Positions 1 to 11,482 of a stretch of DNA of 64,000 nucleotides are shown here, piece after piece (position 1 is the first letter of the stretch; the number at the start of each line of letters is the position of its first letter). This stretch comes from Sphagnum compactum (taxonomy: Eukaryota): the NCBI GenBank assembly GCA_965153455.1, contig OZ234493.1, forward strand, positions 21,504,213 to 21,568,212. Reading direction: 5' to 3'. A program made the position numbers and the translations under genes. The notes beneath the pieces were generated by a model that saw nothing but the letters and a program-made list of their open reading frames with translations, ran no database searches and had not been told where the DNA came from.

Positions 1-550
1 ACATAATAAATTAAAATCACATTCCATTCATTCAATGGATCTTTAGTTTCTTAAACATAATTCATCTAATATCTCAAAGTTTCAAACACATAAGATTAAC
101 ACATTATAAGATAAAAGTCCATGTCCATGGGTTTTGTAGGGAGTGACAAAATTTGTCACCAAGATTCAAAAGTCCATTACTCATTAAACACTTAGGATTT
201 TGATGTGTTGTTTGCATTTAAAAATCCAACTCTATTAACATTACATATATGAGTCCTTTTTTTGATATTTTAATGAAAATATTAATGTTTTATATTTAAG
301 TTTCAAAGAGATGCAAGAAAAATTGTAAGTGTGACATTTAAAAATGGAATGCATAGTGTGCTTTCATCTAGACGTTATCACAAATCCAAATTTTGGACTT
401 ACCCACAAATTGTCAATAATATATGAATATGATATTTGTAGTTGTTATCAATTTGGACTTAGAGCATTTCCACCCACATTTTCTCTTTGAGCCTTTATTA
501 GTGTTACCACATCTAACATATAATGTTAATTATTCCCCTATCCCCACCCA

Positions 551-1025
551 TCTATCTATGAAAGTAGTTCATTAGTTTTGTTTAGTATATCATGTTGAGA
601 TCACCTCACCCAAATCATGGGGCTTCTTGTGCCTCTTGGTACCATTGGAAAGCCCTCCATGAATAGGGGTGCATAGATTTGGTTTCATAATGTTTGGACT
701 TATAGTGGAGAAGTTATGGAATATTGAACGCATTTTGCACTAAAAATTCATTCAAATCAAAACTAAAAATTTTAATAGAATTTGGGCACCCTCTTGGTAA
801 TGTTGAAAAGACCTCAGTGAGTAGGATTTAATGACAATGATTTGGAAATTTTTAGACTTAAGGTGAGTGAGAGATATTGAATTTTGAGAAGTTTTTGTCA
901 TTGAAAATTTAATTAAATCCAACAAATGGTTTTGGAAGGAAACATTAGTTGGGCAATGAATTCACACTTTCGCCAAGTGCACCAAGTTATATTATGTTTT
1001 TATGAAGGAATGTAGTTAGTTAGTT
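551..1025 (+). mobile_element. Non-autonomous Helitron-like element, 3'-truncated copy
   Basis: Starts A|TCTATCTATG, as at 20364. Aligns to the first module of 20364-21322. The second module and CTAG end are missing; a (TA)n tract lies in their place. Confidence 0.65.
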
Positions 1026-1043
1026 TAAGGAATAAGAAGACCT

Positions 1044-1049
1044 ATATAG

Positions 1050-1079
<30 letters not shown>
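1044..1079. repeat. (TA)n microsatellite
   Basis: Visible TA run. Confidence 0.95.
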
Positions 1080-1080
<1 letters not shown>

Positions 1081-4000
1081 AACAAGGATGGAAAAACATC
1101 CAAAAAAAGTGGACAATATGAAGTGAAAATACTATTTTAATGTTAGCACCGAGGCCAGTCGAAAACATTTGTTTGCTTTTACTAACCCTTTTGGAGGGCA
1201 CTATGTTACAGGCATAATTGTGGGCGTAAATTTTTAGTGGGCATGTTATTTTTGCTATTGTTGGTAGAGATGCTTTAGAGAATGCATATAGTTTGTTCAA
1301 AGTTTTCATTTTGATTGGGGTTTAGCATCCATGTTCAAATGGAATTGACAACCCAATTCTAATTTTAGTTATATTTTCAAAACAAATCCGAAAAATCAGA
1401 CCCAATCAGACCCAATTCTAGTTTGGTTTCTACAAGCCAAATTAAAAATTAACAATTAGTAACCCACTAAATTCGGTATTTGGTCAACACTACCAGGTTC
1501 CTTTAAGTCACATTATTAACTAAAGATTTTATTTTACCTTTCTACTTTTAAAGGTAAATTTCCTTTTTTAGCACCTCATTTTTTTTACACAAATGCTTAT
1601 TCACTTTAAATCTATGATAATTATTGCCACATACAAACAAGCACAAGAGGGGATTTCTTTTCCTGCCCATGATATTAGCTTACATTTCACCCATGGACAT
1701 TGCCACGTTTCATCTGCTTTCCACACCTACTTCTTTTTGTCATCAATGTTTATCATATTTTCATTTATGTTAATGAAATGCTAAAGAAAAACGAAAGGAA
1801 CACTCAACCTTTACACATTTAACACACTTCAATTGGGATGTGCATGAAATAAAAGCACCTTTGACTCAACCTTAAGTGGGCCTTTATTGTAGGAATGCCC
1901 CAATCCTTGAACATTACCTTACACTTTGATTTTGGGTTATTGTCCATGGTGGGTGCATTCCCAAAGTGATCTAAGTGTAGATGAAAGATTGTGTTACAAT
2001 ACCATTTAAAGTTTGTCCAATGTAAGGAAGATTGAGAATCTTTTTGAAAACCATTTGATTTAACACTCGTACTCATAATGTTAGTAATTTTGAAAATTGA
2101 TTTGAAATATTAATTCAGAAACTCAACACATGCACTCCAATAGTAATGACATGCATAAAAGTATACCAACTAGCTAGTGTATTTGTTCCAAAATCACACT
2201 ATGAACATTTTATAATGGGATTATATTAACTAAATCTCTATCACAATACAATATGAGGGCCTTCAATGACAACTTGATGAAGAAACTGTCATTGAAATCT
2301 TCACTACAATCACATTATCACAAAATATTAATCAACCCTATCTTTTGAGGTTCCTTGCTTCAACACCAAGGGGTTATTTGTGATCATTAATAAGAGACCC
2401 ACTACTATAAACAAATAGATGGTTGTGAGAATAGCTATGACATGTTATGGTGATCAATGAGCAATGTTTGAATTTTTGTGAATTTTTTTCCATGGTGATC
2501 AAGATTCACAAGTTTAGTTTTAGTTTCCAATTGTGATTCATGAGTTTTGCTTCATTTTTTTTCTCTCCCCCCATTTCTTCTTCTTCCCCACTCTTTTTTT
2601 CTCACTTTTTCACATTCTTTCCTTTCTTGCTTCCATTTTTAAATATTTGAAAGTGTCTATTCCTTACAATTTTAGATCGATTTTTATTTTTTGATTTCAT
2701 CAAGAGTCACCAAGGATTTTTGAGTTTTCTTTCTTGTTTTTTCTCCCCAAGTGGTGTTAGTGATGACATAGCTTCTTGACTAGGTATCAATGAACCCCCT
2801 TCTCCCCCTCTTCTTAGCCATTTTGGATATTTTACTGTTTTGTAAGTTACCCAAGGGGAGTGACTTGATTTCTATAATTTTTTATAGGTTTGGAGCTTTG
2901 GCATAAAAGTTTGCAAGGTTTTTCATGCATGTAGGTTAAGATATCAATTTTTCTTAGAAATAATTTTGAATTTTTGTTTTTGGTTTAAGATATTGGGGAA
3001 TTTTAATGTGATTGTGAGGACATTTCTTGTAAGAGCAAACATCCTTTTATGTCAATTTTGTCGTTGTCAAATTATCTAAGATTCATTGTCCATAATGTTT
3101 TAGATGCAAGAGTTTGTGAAAAGTCATTGATCATTCTTTAAGATAATGTTCCTAGTGTGTGAAGGTCAAATCATATTGTACAATATTTTTATGAAGAAAA
3201 TCTATGGAGTGAGGAATAGTTGTAAAAATAATGGTAAGGAGATTAGTTGTTTAAGTGCTAGGAATTATGGACTTGTGATCTTGTGGTTGAACTCATGTTA
3301 TGAGTAGATAAAGAAGTGAATTCTAGCTCAATGAGTGCCATGGGACATTCTAGTGCTCCATAAAACTAAGGAAGTAGCAAGCTCAAGTGTTAAGGGATTG
3401 TAGTGCAACACGATAACTTTAAATTGTCATATGTTCAATAAACTTTGCAACAACTTTGGTTTTGTTGGGAAAATTTGATGTTTTAAAGCTATAGAAGATG
3501 GATGTAACATTACTATTTTTTTGGGTCATACCTTCAAACAAAGAATGTTCTTAAAACTCCATAAAATCCCCATTAACATGACATCAATATTTTTTTGGTC
3601 AATGTTTTACCAAATTTCAACCTCTCCCAAAGATTTGAAGGTGTTTTCGAGCCAAAATTGCCATATGGCTAGAGATTGGCCTCCTCTTCACCAAATTCAT
3701 GTTAGAATATCTTGATCATCACATTGTTCAACATATTTTGGATGGAGAAAAGTAAAAACTTACTAGTTTGGTTTAATAAAATGGCTTTGGTTTAACATTT
3801 TAAATTATTTATTTATGCAAGTTGATTTTTTTGAAAAGTTGACAAGTAGTATTAGTTTTAATTAATTGTTGAATTCCATACCTACATAGACCCAAGTATT
3901 TTAAACTTTGTATCTATACACTTTCTAGCATTGGAAAGTGTGTAAAATGAATGCATTGAATCAAATTCAATTTTTGAACTCAACCCAAAGGTTTTTGAAT

Positions 4001-4531
4001 TTGAAAAAAAATGCTGAAATTAAACCACAAGGTTTAGAAAAAGTTGGGCTTAAACCCACACTTGGTGAACCTCCAAATAAATTTAAAGTTTAAAGTTTTG
4101 GATCAAAGGTTTTTTAAAAAAGGAAAAAATCACATAACACTCATAACCACGTCTTCCTTTGCCATCTCCACTCTAACATTCTATCACAATAAAAATATAT
4201 AATTGTCATCAAGGTGAGATATTGTTGCTATTCACCTTGAGGTTCCTAAGGTTCAATGTTGTTTTAAATGCCTATGACTAAAGGTCTATTCGAAAGTCTA
4301 TGAAAATTTTCACAATGTGGCACAATTTCTCCTCAATGTGGATTATGTCAAATAATGGGCATTGGCCAAACCTAGTTTACAACCATGTTGTTGATAAGTC
4401 AAGTTTTCCGAATGGACATTACTTGTACTTAACAAATTTCGAAAACACACAATGCAATGACAAACTTGAAAGGTCAATTACATAATTTGCCACCAATATG
4501 GATATGGGACTTTTAAAGGTTTAATTCAATA

Positions 4532-5319
4532 AGGTGCTAGCAAACTATGATGTACAAAATTTGAGGCAAATTTGAAACTACATATAGTATCAAAAATAAA
4601 AACACGTAAAATTTCACTCACTTTGATTAATTTTAAAGATCACATATAAATGATTTGGGCTTCAAAATTAAAAGAAGTCACAAGAACTATGAATATGAAT
4701 TGAAACATAATTGTACATTTGTGTAAATATACACCAATAATTTAATAAAGGTTTTTTAAAACCCTTATTTGACAACTTTTTAAATTTTATTAAAAATTCA
4801 AAACTTCATATTACTTTTTTGAAGTGATTAGAAAAATACTTAGCCCAAGTAAATTTTCAATTGAAGAACATTTTTCAACCTAAAAAAACCAAAATAATCA
4901 ACATTGTCATACCATAATGTATAATGAACATTTAAAAATCATCTCATCTAAATTCCATAACCTTAAAAGAAATTAAAAATTTTGGAATGATTGTTCTTTA
5001 TGGTTTCTTTTAAGTATGTGTAAAACTTCATGAAAAAAAAATAAATTAAATCTAGTACTTCCTAGTCCTTTTATTGAAATTGCAAAAATGTGATATTGTT
5101 CTCCAAATCAAAATAATACATTGTTGGACTATTATATCATTCATATGTGCATTGATTTTACAACATAATGTTATATTGGGATATAAAAAATCATCTATTA
5201 CAAAATTTAAGTGAAAATTGTTTTCCAAATTTTCACCATGATGCATGAAACTTGGATAGGCATTGAAAACCGTCAAATTGTGACAGTTTTTTTGTGTCAA
5301 TCGTAATTTGCCAACACCC
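4532..5319. mobile_element. 788-bp non-autonomous TIR DNA transposon with 4-bp TSD (AATA)
   Basis: Left end AGGTGCTAGCAAACTATGAT vs reverse complement of right end GGGTGTTGGCAAATTACGAT; all mismatches are transitions. AATA flanks both sides (4528-4531, 5320-5323). The paralogous empty site in unit C (tacAATAgtagg, ~14094-14105) has a single AATA. Confidence 0.8.
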
Positions 5320-7079
5320 AATAGTAGGATGAGATTTATCCTCTCAAATGTTCATGTGCGAATTTGGCAACTTGGAACAACAATATGTGTGGACTTGTCT
5401 TGTAGGTTGTGATGGCATCATGTGTAATGGAGGAGTTTTGTGATTCATAAAAACTTGCCAAAGAAGAATGGCATGGTAACATTTCAACCTTCAAATCTCA
5501 TGATCACTTGTTAGTTAATCTTCCCATTGTATCTTGATCACATATTTTTCTGTGTTGCATTGAAGATCATATCTTAGTGTTTGTAGTTTTTTAAATGTGT
5601 AGACTCCACATTGACAAGATTGTAGCTTGATTACATCTTTTTAATTTGTTGCATCTAGGATCAAATCTATGTGTCCATAGGTTGTTGAATCCATGGAGTG
5701 GCACAACAATGAGGTTACAACAAATGTGAACTTTTGAAGGTACGTTTGAAATTCCATTTGTTTTGTATCGCACTTGGCAACTTTCGACTTTATTTATGGC
5801 TTGTTGAATGTCAATGCTTGGAAGATTAGATGTCACAATGTTAAGATGTTGAAATGCAAATCGACATGTCACATTCATGTTTTTTTTGGTTCTGAGTTTT
5901 ATTCCTTGTTTGTTGTTTGTAGATTAATTTCATTCTTTCTTTGTGTGTTGGTGTGTCAAAATCTGAACGGTGTTGTGTCTATTAATGTGCATAACAAACT
6001 ACAAGCTCCATTTCATTTTGTATGTTTTAAATTCATCATGGAGTCTTGTAGTTTTTGGGGTTTTTTTGTATCTACAAAACTTGAAATTTGTTTGTCAATC
6101 AAGGTACATTCACAAAACTTGTAAATTTTGACCATCTCTACTATTAAATGTTTCTTCCATCTCCCAATCATGGAGTCCCATCAAGTTTCAACGAACTTTA
6201 CTTGTTTAAGTCCTTTGCACCCACAAATTCGTCTCAACACAATGCAAACCTACAAATTAGGCAATACATATTTTGTCTTCCGTTCCATCACCCCTGATTC
6301 TGAATTTTTTTGTATTTGGATTTGTGTGTAATGCATCTTGTAAGGAAATGAGAAGGTTTGTGATTAAATTGTTGCAAGCCTTTCAAAATATCTTGAAAAA
6401 CCATCATTATTGAACCAAAGAAGGTATTTTTTTTGGTTTACTAGAGTTTTGATTATTTTGATTGAATGTGAGATTTTTGTTTTTGGTTGTAAATTATGCT
6501 AGTCCTCGTTTAGCATTTCACAAGGGGAAACTTGGTTTGATAAAGTTTAATTGCACAAAAATGTCATCAAGGAAAAAGATAAAGATGTAAATTTGTATAA
6601 TGATTTAAGTGTTTTTTGTTGTTGTGCATGGTTATAAAATAAAGCAAGCACAGATTGACAAGTCTTCACATTCAATAGTCACAAAACCTCCCATGTTGAA
6701 GCATTTGTCGTCAGAATGCTGCATTGCTCAAAATCCAGTAGCTAGTCAAATTTACATATTGAAATAAAATTTAACAACTTCAACATACAACACATTAAAA
6801 TTTGGAGTTAGCCAGTAATGAACATACACAAATTATGATAGCCACATCTAAAAATAATAATTTTCTGTGCAGCCAACTGGATCCACTTGCCCCAAAAATT
6901 AGAAAAACCAGGTTGACATACAAGCAGTCACAATTTGATCCTACCCAACCTATCACACAAATTTCAAAAAATAACAATGGTGACAAGCATCCCCGGACAT
7001 ATTTCGCCTTAATTGTAAACACTTGTGTAAAAGAGTAGGAGCAGCAGACATGACTGCGCTCACACAGTCTCCAAACGAC

Positions 7080-7187
7080 CCCCCCGCCCCCTTCTCTCTC
7101 TACACTTCTCTCCTTGCTCACTCTAGAGCCCTCTCGTTATTGGTTCTGCTCTTCCTGGCTTCCATCCCACCTTCCCCACAGGTATGT
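7080..7187 (+). promoter_or_regulatory. Putative TSS / non-coding first exon with 5' splice donor
   Basis: C/T-rich (Y-patch-like) stretch ending in CAG|GTATGT (GT at 7182), followed by GT/T-rich intron-like sequence. No expression data. Confidence 0.4.
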
Positions 7188-7711
7188 TTCTGATTCCATT
7201 GTATCATGTGTAGATCCCTTGTTCTGTATCCTTTTTTGGGTCCCAACTTCGCTAGGTCACTATTCTCGTGGCTGCTTGAGGTGGTGGTGGTGGTCGGTGG
7301 TTCTAGGTGTTTCCTGTTTTGTTGCAGCTTTGTGTTTGTTGCAGCTTTGTGTACTTCGAGGGAAGGTGTGTAGATCGCTGTGTTTTTGGTACCATCTCTT
7401 TTGGGTTGCGCTTTTGCTGATCACGTTTATCACCACTTTAGGAAGTTCAAGACTGTGCTTGACAATTGGGCGAAATTTGGTGATTTGTTAATGGAAAAAA
7501 AGGGAATTATAGCTAGAGAACGGTATTAGTGTAGCCTTTTTCACAATTTATTAAAAAAGACTGGTAAATACTACAGCCCGATGATACAAAACTCAAAGAC
7601 GATAAATCAGCAATTGTTCCTTATTGCAGACAAAAGTACTATCTGTTTTCTTTTTCCCTGAGGGCCCAATTGCCTGATCAACACGTGTCTGGTGATGAGC
7701 GGACACATCTT

Positions 7712-7852
7712 GGTGCTGCCCATATACAAATTTTGTGTGGTATTGTACATGCTTTTGGTGTATAATAGACACTAGGAGGCAAGATATTAGCCTTTAATGT
7801 CTATTACACAATTATAATGCCTCCTAGTGTTAATTTACGTCTGGGCATCATT
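7712..7852. repeat. Fold-back element, unit-B copy with ~40-bp deletion in the right arm
   Basis: Paralog of 16033-16206; keeps the acactaggaggca / tgcctcctagtgt inverted core. Confidence 0.7.
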
Positions 7853-8054
7853 CACTTTTTCTTAAAAAGATGGATTGGGCCAAGGGCAGGAAAGAGAAAA
7901 AACATGCCGGCGGTACCTTTTTTACTGTCGGCAATAAGGACCCATTGCTAATGTAACGTCACACTAGGAAAAAGTGGAGTCGTTGTACTACACCTCGTAT
8001 ATTGTACTACACCGCGTTTCACCATCCACTCGTGAATCCGTGTGCAAATAATTG

Positions 8055-8400
8055 GGCCACATTAAACCAGCAACCACGAGTGCACCATCCACTGGATGCT
8101 TGTTATCACTCAGTAGTGGATGAATCTCAACTGAGTTAATATTTGTTTTCACCTTGGTAACCAATTCTGTAAAAAATAGTCTCATACATAGCTAGATAGG
8201 TAGGAAAATAGGTAACTACTAACTAAGTAGATGGTTTATACATAGGTGAGGGCTGTTTTTTCTTCCTATCTACTATCAACCTACCAACTGAGCTAAGTAC
8301 CATGGTCAGCTAGGGAACTGGAACTCAACAGAAAACTGTTTCCTGACCACTTACCATCCATCCTTCATGGTGCGCTGGTCGGTGTTGGTTCACTGTGGCC
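8055..8400. mobile_element. Non-autonomous Mutator-like MITE (unit-B copy)
   Basis: TIRs GGCCACATTAAACCAGCA / TGTTGGTTCACTGTGGCC; paralog of 16385-16731. Confidence 0.7.
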
Positions 8401-8902
8401 ATGCAAATGGAACTAGCCGGGCAAGTGAGTAGACTTAAATTAATCAATATTTCTCAGGAAAAAAAGGCACGCGCTTGTAGAGGATAGGAAGAAGGGGAGG
8501 AAAATGTATTGCACCACCAATGAGCATCCATTCACTGAATCCGTGTGTAAATGGAACTAGGCGAGCAAGTGAGCAGACTTATATTATTAATCAATATTCT
8601 CCAGGAAAAAGGGTCGCGCTTGTAGAGGGTAGACTAAATCATGGACAAGCCGCTTCAGAGAGGCTGAAATGAGAGGAAGTACATTTTGGGCTTCGCACTT
8701 GCACTGGTGCACATCAACCGGGTACCTAATAGTCGGATTCATTTCGAAATTCTTCACTTTAATTGTTTTCCGTCTTTTTTTGCATCGGAAATTTAGGTTG
8801 AAATACGAAAGTTTACATTTTGGGCTTCTCACTTGCACTACTACTGCACATCAAGTAGTGACCTCATTCTTTTCCAACAACTTGGGGCTAGGTTTGTATG
8901 TC

Positions 8903-9571
8903 TCACAAACTACAAAATTATAATGGAATTTGGGCACTCTCTTGGTAATGTTGAAAAGACCTCAGTGAGCAGGATTTAATGACAGTGATTTGGAAATTTT
9001 CAGACTTAAGTTGAGTGAGAGATATTGAATTTTGAGAAGTTATTGTCATTGAAAATTTAATTAAAGTCCAACAAATGGTTTTGGAAGGAAACCTTAGTTG
9101 CGCAATGAGTTCACACTTGGGCCAAGTGCGCAGGTTACACTCTGTGTCAATGAAGGAATGTAGTTAGTTAGGTAGTTAGTTAGTTCTGTTTGTCACATTG
9201 TTTGTCGCATTGTCACTGCCTCCCAGTACTGTTGGAAAGCCCCTTCATGAATAAGGGTGCACCAAGTTGATTTCATAATGTGTCAACCTACCATGGAAAA
9301 CTTATTGAATAAAAATTTGACTAAAAATTCATTTAAATCAAAACTAAAAATTATAGAGGAATTTGGGCATCCTCTTGATATGGTTGGAAAGCCCTTCCTG
9401 AGTAGGATTTAATTAATGTGATTTGAAAATTTTAAACCTACAACGTGAGATATATTGAGTTTTGAATAAATTTTGTTATTGAAATTGAATTAAATTACAA
9501 AAAATAGTTTTCAAAGGGGAATTTAGTTGGGTAATGAGTTCACACTGGGGCAACAACACAGGCCACACTAG
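8903..9571 (+). mobile_element. Non-autonomous Helitron-like element, 5' part removed by the unit-B deletion
   Basis: Aligns to 20587-21322; ends ...caggccacaCTAG|T. Confidence 0.7.
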
Positions 9572-10180
9572 TGAATCTCAAAATGTGGACAGTTTGAAGT
9601 GAAGTACTATTTTAATGTCAGCCCTTGGGCCATTCAAAACTAATTGTTTCCTTTTACTAGGCCTTTTGGAGGGCACTATATTGTGGGCATGATTGCAGGC
9701 CCAAACTCAGTATTATATTGTTTGACTGCTATACTTCATCCAAGATTTAGTGGACATGCTATTTTGTTGCTGTTGGTTGAGATGCTCTAGAGAATGCAGA
9801 TATTTTGCCACCACAATTTGCAAGTTCAGCAAAAAAAAAACCTTTTGAGTTTAACTTTACCATATTGGAATTTTGAGCATCTCTGCCCAAGTGAGGATTT
9901 CCTGATCTTTGTTTTGCAACCCAACAACAAAAAGAGTAAAAATTCAATTGCTTTGGTTTTTTTTAGCATGAAGGAAGCCTTTGTAGTGTTTGATAGTCCA
10001 ATTGTTTAAGTGACTCAAACGGTTTGGAACAATGGTCTTTGCTTATTTATTGTTTACAAGGTCAATGACTTTTGTGAGCTGGGGTCATGTTCATTCATGA
10101 AAGTTTTGTGCATGTGTTTAGTTGAAGTTTGTTTAGGAAAGCGTCCTCTCCACGGAAATCTATCTCATGAAATTGAGATT

Positions 10181-11482
10181 TGCTAATGATACATTTTGAT
10201 GTAATTATTGCGAGCTCATGATGGCTCCTAGGTTCTTGTCTTGGCTCATTATGAATACCATGTAAACTTATGAAGTGAGACACAATCCAACCTCAATCAA
10301 AATACATTTTCTAGCAGCTGGACAAATAAAAAATTATAAAATCAGAAAATAAAAAATGTTGAATTTTTCGTTACATGATTTCTCCTCCTACGTATTTCTT
10401 GAGTCCTCATAAACATCACATCTAGTGCCTAGCAATCCAAACAATCAATTGACAACCTATCGTTATTTTACTAAACTTTCCCGTGTATATTTCCAAAAGT
10501 GATTATAACTGTTTATATCTATCATCTCAACATAATCAAATGTTTAATTATATTGGATTTGCAACTATTCACATTTCAACATTTTATGACAATTTGCCAT
10601 GGAGTGAAAACATTACAAGGGCCACTTTAGGTAAGAAAATGTTTTTTTTGGGGTAGATTTTGTATTATTTTAAGGATTTAATATCAATAAAAAGATTTTT
10701 CCTTTTAATAATTTCATTACTTGACAATCGAATACCTTATTTTGAGTTAATAACACAAATTTTTATTAAGTGTGGGCCACCAATAATATGGTGCCAACAT
10801 TCTTTTAATAGTGGTATTGATACCAAAATGGCCTCTAGCAAGACCTTCATGTAAGTCCATTAGTACTTTAGGGTGTAGTGACAATCTAATGAGCTAAAAA
10901 GGGCATCGGACTGAAAACAAAACAAAGCAAAATGAAAGATATATATAATTTTTTGCCATTTAAATTCATTGCATTCATTTAAACAAAATTTCAAAAAACT
11001 AAGGTTGGTAAAAACTCGTTACCTTAAGAAATATCTTTACCCTTTGGTGATTTCATTGGAGTTGGCATTGTAATAATAATTGAGATTTTATTGCAAGGAT
11101 TTATTATTGATCCTTCACGACATATAATGTGTCTTCAGGGCACACTAAAATTGACAAAGAAAACACGTTTTTAAAGATTGAGGTTAATGCCATTTATTCA
11201 ACATTTTAGTTAACAGTTATGCAAATGATATAGATGATCCCGTTTTTTCCCATGCAAATTAAAATCATCAAGAAACACTTGCATAACTTGTCATTTAAAA
11301 ACTTTTTGAAAGTCTTAGTTATTAGTTCGTAAAATGTGACAAGATTTCAACATGAATGACAAATATAGCCCACTATAATCGTCCATAAGTAATACATTTC
11401 ATGCTTTACAATAGAGTTGAACATTGAATCTAAATATGACGAAGGAAATGGTTCCTTCTTCGTTTGAACATTCAACATACAA
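10181..11482 (-). mobile_element. Deleted remnant of the Ty3/gypsy element (partial LTR, integrase and RT pieces)
   Basis: Same junction as unit C (aattgAGATT|TG). 10181-10600 matches LTR 22291-22720; 10768-10863 matches 24045-24138; 11052-11482 matches ~24958-25455. Confidence 0.8.

Larger units (their letters stand above)
373..1295 (+). repeat. Segmental duplication unit A (remnant): copy of the region 3' of the 517-aa ORF
   Basis: 373-550 aligns with 20186-20363 (cacaaatccaaat...ttggacttagagcat...gtgttaccacatct...aatgttaattattccc). It continues into the same Helitron, then 1110-1295 aligns with 9585-9800 and 21337-21905. Confidence 0.85.
3800..11482 (+). repeat. Segmental duplication unit B (ORF deleted)
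   Basis: Colinear with 13345-25455 over kilobases, e.g. gaattccatacctacatagacc at ~3871/13435 and cttggggctaggtttgtatgtc at 8881/17201. Has large indels relative to unit C. Ends approximate. Confidence 0.92.

Noticed and set aside
1500-3780. Mutator-like element between units A and B
   Set aside because: Only weak end similarity, no TSD or transposase motif found; left unannotated.
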